Source: Candidatus Dormiibacterota bacterium (GTDB taxonomy: Bacteria; Chloroflexota; Dormibacteria; CF-121). From it: a DNA stretch of 64,000 nucleotides. Both the position numbers and the translations under genes were made by a program. The stretch is taken from contig DAIPYJ010000001.1 of assembly GCA_036782775.1 (NCBI GenBank), positions 115,404 to 179,403 of the forward strand. The letters are read 5' to 3'. Below the pieces are notes generated by a model. That model had not been told where the DNA came from. It made no database searches and saw only the letters and a list, made by a program, of their open reading frames with translations. Positions 58,499 to 64,000 of this stretch are shown here, in pieces (position 1 is the first letter of the stretch; every line of letters starts with the position of its first letter).

Positions 58499-59152
58499 TC
58501 ATCGCGAGGCGATGACGAAGAAGCTCGGGCTTTCGGTCAGCGCTCGATCGCGGCGGCCGAACATCCTCTGCAGCCTCAGACCGGCGCCCCGCGCCAGCCA
58601 GTTCTCGATCTCTTCCGGCCAGATCAGCGGGACTTCGGCAACCTGCGTCACCAGCTTGTGATCGGGCACGTGGTAATCGACTTCGATGCTCGCCTGGTTG
58701 CCATCGAACCGTTTGACCCTGACGCCGTCAGTCGCGCCGGCGCGCAGCCAGTGTGGGTTGGTGAGCTCGAAGGCGAGCCGACCGTCTGAAGCCAGCTGTC
58801 GGGCCGCGCCGCGCAACCGCTCGACGGCGCAGAGGATGTTCGACGGCACCATCACCATGGCGAACTGCCGGCCAAGGTCGAGGTCCTCGATTCGCGACTG
58901 TACGAGTTCAACAGCCGGCAGCCGTGTTCTCAGGTGCTCCAGCATGCCCGGGTGACTGTCGACGCCGACGAGATCGATGCCGGCTTGATGCAACGGCACC
59001 GCAAGCCGGCCCGCTCCGATGCCGAGGTAAAGGACCGGCGGCCCGGAGTCCCGGGTCAGCTCCAGCCACGGCCAGAGGTCAGTCGCGTCAGGAAAGCCGG
59101 CGTAAAGCTGGGCGAATCCGGGGTCGGGATTGGCTGGATCGTCGCGGACGAT
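58499..59152 (-). CDS. class I SAM-dependent methyltransferase with a disrupted or non-canonical start
   Basis: The first canonical start (GTG at 58999) lies after SAM motif I. Motif I (VLYLGIGAGRLAVPL) and about 45 further protein-like codons are in frame upstream, reaching into the 3' end of the aminotransferase gene with no ATG/GTG/TTG. The upper boundary is approximate. Confidence 0.45.
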   Translation of the reverse strand: MVRDDPANPDPGFAQLYAGFPDATDLWPWLELTRDSGPPVLYLGIGAGRLAVPLHQAGIDLVGVDSHPGMLEHLRTRLPAVELVQSRIEDLDLGRQFAMVMVPSNILCAVERLRGAARQLASDGRLAFELTNPHWLRAGATDGVRVKRFDGNQASIEVDYHVPDHKLVTQVAEVPLIWPEEIENWLARGAGLRLQRMFGRRDRALTESPSFFVIASR

Positions 59153-59163
59153 CCGGGATTCGG

Positions 59164-60504
59164 CTACGCGACCGCCTCGTCCGCGATCGAGAGCGCCTTG
59201 TCGATGATGGCGAAGCCTTCCGCGAGCTGCTCTTCATTGATGCAGAGCGGAGGGTTGGTCATGATCGTGTGCCAGCGAAGGAAGGTATAAAGGCCCTGGT
59301 CACGCAGCGCCCTGGAAACCTTCTTCATCGGCTCTGAGGTGCCGTTGAAGGGAGCCAGCGGCTCCATCGTCTTGCGGCTCTTGACCAGTTCGAGGATGCC
59401 GAACAGGCCGATCGATCGCGTCAGGCCGACCGATGGATGCTTTTCTTTCAGCGCCGCATGATGTCGCGCCATCACCGCACCCATCCGGCGGGCGTTGCCG
59501 ATCATGTCGTCCTCTTCATAAGCGCGGATAGTGCCCAGGGCGGCCGCACAGGCAAGCGGATGGCTGTTGTACGTCAGCCCGCCGTAGAACACGCGATTCT
59601 CGAAGAATTCGGCGATCTTGGGCCGCATGGCGACCGCCCCCAGCGGCACATAGCTGCTGGTCAATCCCTTGGCGATCGTCATGATGTCGGGCACCACCTT
59701 CCAATGGTTGACCGCAAACCAGTCGCCGGTCCGGCCGAAGCCTGACATGATCTCGTCGCAAACCATCAAGATGCCGTAGCGGTCGCAAAGTGCCCTGACG
59801 CCTTGCAGGTAACCGTCCGGCGGAATCAGGATGCCGTTGGTGCCCGTCACGGGCTCGAGGAAGAAGGCGGCGATCGTCGCCGGGCCTTCGAGCTGGATGG
59901 TTTCTTCGAGGTAGCGAAGCGACTCCTCGGCGCCGTCGACCGCGCGCTGCGGACCGTGATAGGGATCGAGAACATGAATGACGCCTGAGTCGCCGATGTC
60001 GTTGGCCCAGCGCCGCGGGTCGCCGGTCAGCGCCATCGCCCCGGCGGTCGCGCCGTGGTAGGAGCGATAGCGGGCGATGATCTTATGCCGGCCGGTCACC
60101 GCGCGCGCCAGACGAATCGCGTTCTCGTTCGCTTCCGCTCCGCCGAGGGTGAAGAAGACTTTGTCCAGATCGCCGGGTAGGACTTCGGCTAGCTTTTGGC
60201 CGAGCAGCGCCCGCGGCTCATGCGCCAGGAACGGGCTGGCATAGGCCAGTTTTTCGGCCTGTTGCTTGATCGCGTCGATGATGCGCGGGTCACCATGACC
60301 GGCGTTCACGCTCATCTGCTGACTGTTGAAATCGATGTAGCGCTTGCCGGCTGTGTCCCAGAAGTACACGCCCTTGGCGTGATCGACGGGGATCGGATCG
60401 ATGGCGGTCTGCGCCGCCCACTCGTACAGCGTGTACTGGCGGCAGAGTGAAACGATCTCTTCGCCGCTGAGGACGTGCGGCCGAGCTGGAGTCTCTAGAG
60501 CCAT
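59164..60504 (-). CDS. class III aminotransferase (omega-amino acid / beta-alanine:pyruvate transaminase-like)
   Basis: 446 aa and fold type I. The AT-III pattern is present (DEIMSGFGRTG, TIAKGL). Confidence 0.85.
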   Translation of the reverse strand: MALETPARPHVLSGEEIVSLCRQYTLYEWAAQTAIDPIPVDHAKGVYFWDTAGKRYIDFNSQQMSVNAGHGDPRIIDAIKQQAEKLAYASPFLAHEPRALLGQKLAEVLPGDLDKVFFTLGGAEANENAIRLARAVTGRHKIIARYRSYHGATAGAMALTGDPRRWANDIGDSGVIHVLDPYHGPQRAVDGAEESLRYLEETIQLEGPATIAAFFLEPVTGTNGILIPPDGYLQGVRALCDRYGILMVCDEIMSGFGRTGDWFAVNHWKVVPDIMTIAKGLTSSYVPLGAVAMRPKIAEFFENRVFYGGLTYNSHPLACAAALGTIRAYEEDDMIGNARRMGAVMARHHAALKEKHPSVGLTRSIGLFGILELVKSRKTMEPLAPFNGTSEPMKKVSRALRDQGLYTFLRWHTIMTNPPLCINEEQLAEGFAIIDKALSIADEAVA

Positions 60505-61943
60505 CGTGTCGTGATGACTTTATGGCGCGTGTAGAAGCGGATGCTGTCCTGGCCGGTTGCATGCAAGTCGCCGAAGAAGGAATTCTTCCAACCGGTGAAA
60601 GGGAAGAACGCCATCGGCGCCGCGACGCCGATATTGACGCCGAGCATGCCGGCCTGGGCGCGGCGTTTGAACTCGCGCGCGTTCTTGCCCGAGCTGGTGA
60701 AGATCGAGGCCATGTTCCCGAAGGTGCTCGAGTTGAGCAGCGACAGGGCTTCGTCGATGTCGCCGGCCCGCATCACGGAGAGGACGGGACCGAAGAGCTC
60801 GTCCTTCCAGACCGTCATGTTCGGCGTCACCTTGTCGAGGATGGTGGGGCCGAGGAAGAAGCCCTCGTCGCGGTCGACCTGGCGGCCATCGCTGACCACC
60901 TGGGCGCCCTCCGACCTCGCCCCATCGATGTACTCGATCAGCTTCTTCTTTCGCTCACCGCGAATCACCGGCCCGAGCGTCGTCTTGGGATCGGTGCCCG
61001 GCCCGACCTTCAGGTCCGCGGCATCGTTGGCCAGTTCCCGCACCAGCGCATCGCCGATCTTGCCCACGCCGACCGCCACGCTTCCCGCCAGGCAGCGCTG
61101 GCCCGCGTTGCCGAAGGCGGATGAGATGACGTGCGGCGCTGACAATTCGAGATCGGCGTCGTCCATCACAAGGATGTGGTTCTTGGCGCCGCCCAGGGCC
61201 TGGACGCGCTTGCCGTTGGCGGCTGCTGTCTTGTAAATGTAGGCGGCAACCGGCGCCGAGCCGACGAAGGAGATGGCGGCAATATCCGGGTGGCCGAGCA
61301 GCCCATTGACCGCATCGTTTGCCCCATGCACGACGTTGAAGACGCCGGCCGGCAAGCCGGCGTCCTGCAACAACTCCGCGATGCGCATCGCCGACAGCGG
61401 AGTCAGCTGGGATGGCTTCAGGACGAAGGTATTGCCGGTGACGAGCGCCACGGGGATCATCCAGAGCGGCACCATGTTGGGGAAGTTGAAGGGCGAAATC
61501 CCAGCCACCACCCCGACCGGGAATCGTGTCAGCTCCTCGTCGATCCCTCGCGCGATTTGATCGAGGTTGGTTCCCATCATGAGGGTGGGCGCGCCGCAGG
61601 CAAAATCGATCACCTCGATCGCCCGCTTGACTTCGCCGCGTGACTCGTCGAGGGTCTTGCCGTTCTCCTGGGTGACCAGGGCTGCGAGCTCCTCGAAGTG
61701 CTGCTCGAAGAGTGCCTTGAAGCGGAACATGACCTGCGCCCGATCGGGCACCGGCCTCTCGCTCCATTCGGGGAACGCCTTCTTCGCGGCGGCCACCGCC
61801 TGGTTGATCTCCTCCGCGGTGGAGTAGGGGAGGCTGGCGATGGTTTCGCCGGTGGCGGGATTTGGAATCGGGTCCGACTTCTCGTTGCGCGAGTCGCGGA
61901 ACTGCCCGTCGATGTACGCCTGGACCGACCGGGTCGCGATCAC
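60495..61943 (-). CDS. mmsA: CoA-acylating methylmalonate/malonate-semialdehyde dehydrogenase (MmsA-type aldehyde dehydrogenase)
   Basis: GTG at 61943 overlaps the dihydropyrimidinase stop (GTGA). Starts VIATRSVQAYIDGQF... The catalytic Cys region GQRCLA is present, and the C-terminal end resembles MmsA. The 847-aa track ORF has a spurious N-terminal half. Confidence 0.8.
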   Translation of the reverse strand: MIATRSVQAYIDGQFRDSRNEKSDPIPNPATGETIASLPYSTAEEINQAVAAAKKAFPEWSERPVPDRAQVMFRFKALFEQHFEELAALVTQENGKTLDESRGEVKRAIEVIDFACGAPTLMMGTNLDQIARGIDEELTRFPVGVVAGISPFNFPNMVPLWMIPVALVTGNTFVLKPSQLTPLSAMRIAELLQDAGLPAGVFNVVHGANDAVNGLLGHPDIAAISFVGSAPVAAYIYKTAAANGKRVQALGGAKNHILVMDDADLELSAPHVISSAFGNAGQRCLAGSVAVGVGKIGDALVRELANDAADLKVGPGTDPKTTLGPVIRGERKKKLIEYIDGARSEGAQVVSDGRQVDRDEGFFLGPTILDKVTPNMTVWKDELFGPVLSVMRAGDIDEALSLLNSSTFGNMASIFTSSGKNAREFKRRAQAGMLGVNIGVAAPMAFFPFTGWKNSFFGDLHATGQDSIRFYTRHKVITTRWL

Positions 61944-63358
61944 GCCGTGGCCCCCACCGGTGTCGGCTGCGCGCTCGGCACCCCGTGGAACGGCGAGCGG
62001 CGCAGGAACTGGCCGGCGCCTTTCGTGCCCAGGAACTTGCCGTCCTTGACGAGCAGGTTGCCCCGCTGCATGACGACTTCCGGGAGTCCCTTGACTTTCA
62101 TACCCTCGTAGCAACTGTAGTCGACGTTCATGTGGTGAGTTTTGACGGACAGGGTGCGCTCGACATCGGGATTGAAGATGACGATGTCGGCGTCGCTGCC
62201 GGGCGCGATCGTGCCTTTGCGAGGGAAGAGCCCGAACATCCTGGCGGGCGCCGTCGCCACCAGCTCGACGAAACGGTTGGGCGTGATCTTGCCGGCGTTG
62301 ACGCCACCGTGATAGATGAGCGTGAACCGGTCTTCCACGCCGGGCAGGCCGTTCGGGATCTTGGAGAAATCGCCCTTGCCGAGATCCTTCTGCCCCTTGA
62401 AATGAAACGGGCAGTGGTCGGTCGCCACCAGTTGCAGGTCGTCCTGCACCAGGCCCTTCCAGAGCTCGTCGTGGTCGGGTTTGGGCCGAAGCGGCGGAGA
62501 GCAGACGTACTTGGCGCCTTCGAATCCAGGCCGGCCGAGGTCCTCGAGGCTCAAGTAAAGGTATTGCGGGCAGGTTTCGGCGAAGGCAGGGGCGCCGTCG
62601 TCGCGTGCCTCGCGCACGGCGTCGAGGGCGGGCTTCGAGCTCAGGTGGACGATATAGACCGCCACCTCCGCCAGCCGCGCCAGCGCGATGGCACGGCCGG
62701 TCGCCTCCCCTTCCATGCTGGCGGGCCGGGTCAGGCCGTGATTGATGGGATCGACCTTGCCTTCCTCGAGATAGCGCTTGACGAGGACGTCGATCGCGCC
62801 GCCGTTCTCGGCGTGCATCATGATCAGCCCGCCGTTCTCCGCGGTGCGACTCATCGCCCGGAAGATCGCGGCATCGTCGAGCATGAAGACGCCGGGATAG
62901 GCCATGAAGAGCTTGAACGAGGGCACGCCCTCGCGAACGAGCTCGTCCATCTCTTTGAGGATGTTGTCGTTTACTTCGCGGACGATCATGTGGAAGCCGT
63001 AGTCGATGTGCGCCTTGCCCTGCGCCTTCTGATGCCATTGGTCGAGGCCGGAGCGCAGCGTCTGGCCGTAGGTCTGCACCGCGAAATCGACGATCGTCGT
63101 GGTGCCGCCCCAGGCGGCCGCCGCGGTCCCAGTCGCGAAGTCGTCGGAGGCGAAGGTGCCACCAAAGGGAAGCTCCATGTGGGTATGCACGTCGACCGCC
63201 CCTGGCATCACCAGCCGGCCGGCGGCGTCAAGGGTTTGATCGACGCGGACATCGAGGTTGTTTCCAATCGCCGCAACCCGCTCCCCGTCGATCAGCACGT
63301 CCGCTTTCGCCGAGTCGCTGGCGGTGACCACGGTGCCGTTCTTGATCAGCGTCTTCAC
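61940..63358 (-). CDS. dihydropyrimidinase / D-hydantoinase (cyclic amidohydrolase)
   Basis: MKTLIKNGTVVTASD...DVHTHMELPFGG is the DHPase family N-terminus, 472 aa. Confidence 0.85.
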   Translation of the reverse strand: MKTLIKNGTVVTASDSAKADVLIDGERVAAIGNNLDVRVDQTLDAAGRLVMPGAVDVHTHMELPFGGTFASDDFATGTAAAAWGGTTTIVDFAVQTYGQTLRSGLDQWHQKAQGKAHIDYGFHMIVREVNDNILKEMDELVREGVPSFKLFMAYPGVFMLDDAAIFRAMSRTAENGGLIMMHAENGGAIDVLVKRYLEEGKVDPINHGLTRPASMEGEATGRAIALARLAEVAVYIVHLSSKPALDAVREARDDGAPAFAETCPQYLYLSLEDLGRPGFEGAKYVCSPPLRPKPDHDELWKGLVQDDLQLVATDHCPFHFKGQKDLGKGDFSKIPNGLPGVEDRFTLIYHGGVNAGKITPNRFVELVATAPARMFGLFPRKGTIAPGSDADIVIFNPDVERTLSVKTHHMNVDYSCYEGMKVKGLPEVVMQRGNLLVKDGKFLGTKGAGQFLRRSPFHGVPSAQPTPVGATA

Positions 63359-64000
63359 GGCAGCTGCCTGACCAGGTCGTCGTAGGTTTCGGGGCGCCGA
63401 TCACGCAGGAACTGCCAGGTGTTGCGCACCTCGCGGTTCATGTCGAGATCGAGGTCGCAGACCAGCACTTCATCCTCGGTTTCGGACGCCTTGCCGATGA
63501 TCCGACCGCGCGGGTCGCAGAAATAGCTGGAGCCGTAGAACTCGGCCTCGTTGAGTGGCTTCTCAATCCCCACGCGATTAATCGCGCCGATCCAGTAGCC
63601 GTTGGCGACCGCGTGCGCCGGCTGTTCCAGCTCCCACAAGTATTTCGAGAGCGACTTGACCGTGGCCGAGGGATTGAAGACGAGCTCCGCGCCCTTGAGT
63701 CCCAACTCGCGCGCCGGCTCCGGGAAGTGGCGGTCGTAGCAGATCAGCAGACCCACCCGTCCGACTGACGTGTCCCACACCGGGTAGCCGAGGTTGCCGG
63801 GCTTGAAATAGAACTTCTCCCAGAAACAGGGCCCAACGTGTGGGATGTGCGTCTTGCGATATTTCCCGACCAGGGTGCCATCGTTTTCGATGACGACCGC
63901 AGTGTTGTAGTAGACGCCGGTCTGCGCCTCTTCGTAGAAAGGGACGACCAGCACCATCTTGTGCTTTTTCGCCAGTTCTCGCATCCGCTTGATCGTGGGA
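63355..64000 (-). CDS. beta-ureidopropionase / N-carbamoyl-beta-alanine amidohydrolase (nitrilase superfamily), C-terminal part; the gene starts beyond the window end
   Basis: The in-window portion covers the C-terminal ~209 aa (MRELAKKHKMVLVVPFYEE...) of the C-N hydrolase fold. It overlaps the dihydropyrimidinase gene by 4 nt. Confidence 0.8.
   Translation of the reverse strand, partial: PTIKRMRELAKKHKMVLVVPFYEEAQTGVYYNTAVVIENDGTLVGKYRKTHIPHVGPCFWEKFYFKPGNLGYPVWDTSVGRVGLLICYDRHFPEPARELGLKGAELVFNPSATVKSLSKYLWELEQPAHAVANGYWIGAINRVGIEKPLNEAEFYGSSYFCDPRGRIIGKASETEDEVLVCDLDLDMNREVRNTWQFLRDRRPETYDDLVRQLP

Noticed and set aside
60495-63038. 847-aa ORF implying a giant aldehyde dehydrogenase
   Set aside because: Only the portion from the GTG at 61943 encodes MmsA. 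The upstream half is an out-of-frame read-through of the dihydropyrimidinase gene region with junk composition.
61862-63385. 507-aa plus-strand ORF opposite the dihydropyrimidinase gene
   Set aside because: Shadow ORF opposite a confidently assigned CDS.

Overview
This 64 kb window is a high-GC (~68%) bacterial chromosomal segment, densely coding on both strands. Neighbouring genes very often overlap by 1-4 nt (ATGA or GTGA), which suggests translational coupling. The gene content (F420-type luciferase-like oxidoreductase, PIG-L deacetylases, a DUF3090 and SCO1664-family pair) points to an actinobacterial-type genome. I found no rRNA or tRNA genes, no CRISPR array and no transposase or other clear mobile element. 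The main blocks are: (1) the 5' end of ispH, divergent from a reverse-transsulfuration pair (cystathionine gamma-synthase/lyase and cystathionine beta-synthase); (2) a plus-strand cluster with a split TPP decarboxylase (ComD/ComE-like), kynurenine formamidase-like cyclase (kynB), an Eis-like GNAT and kynureninase (kynU), flanked by tryptophan 2,3-dioxygenase (kynA) and a PaaK-family CoA ligase; (3) a tightly coupled purine catabolism operon (xanthine dehydrogenase FAD, 2Fe-2S and molybdopterin subunits with an embedded guanine-deaminase-like amidohydrolase, HIU hydrolase, OHCU decarboxylase, urate oxidase and an uncharacterised small protein), followed by adenosine deaminase; (4) an FAD-monooxygenase/OYE-reductase fusion resembling 2-aminobenzoyl-CoA monooxygenase/reductase, with an F420-type LLM oxidoreductase, enoyl-CoA hydratase, RidA, acyl-CoA dehydrogenase and SDR; (5) a five-gene minus-strand operon (aldo/keto reductase, ornithine-cyclodeaminase-like, threonine-dehydratase-like PLP enzyme, SDR, ACAD); (6) a livKHMGF-type ABC uptake operon and two divergent aminotransferases; (7) Sir2 deacylase, PIG-L deacetylase, etfBA, a radical-SAM SPL-like protein and an MBL-fold exonuclease-like protein; (8) a 20-codon basic peptide ORF with a strong SD and an intrinsic terminator, NUDIX, a second PIG-L, MFS, MOSC and a class II fumarase/aspartase; (9) a secreted BNR-repeat protein, a LuxR-type two-component system, the DUF3090/SCO1664 pair, a LOG / PLD-like / CtaG-like operon, and a reductive pyrimidine catabolism operon (beta-ureidopropionase, dihydropyrimidinase, MmsA, class-III aminotransferase). 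All functional calls come from recognisable motifs and family resemblance in my own translation of the sequence; no database search was run.
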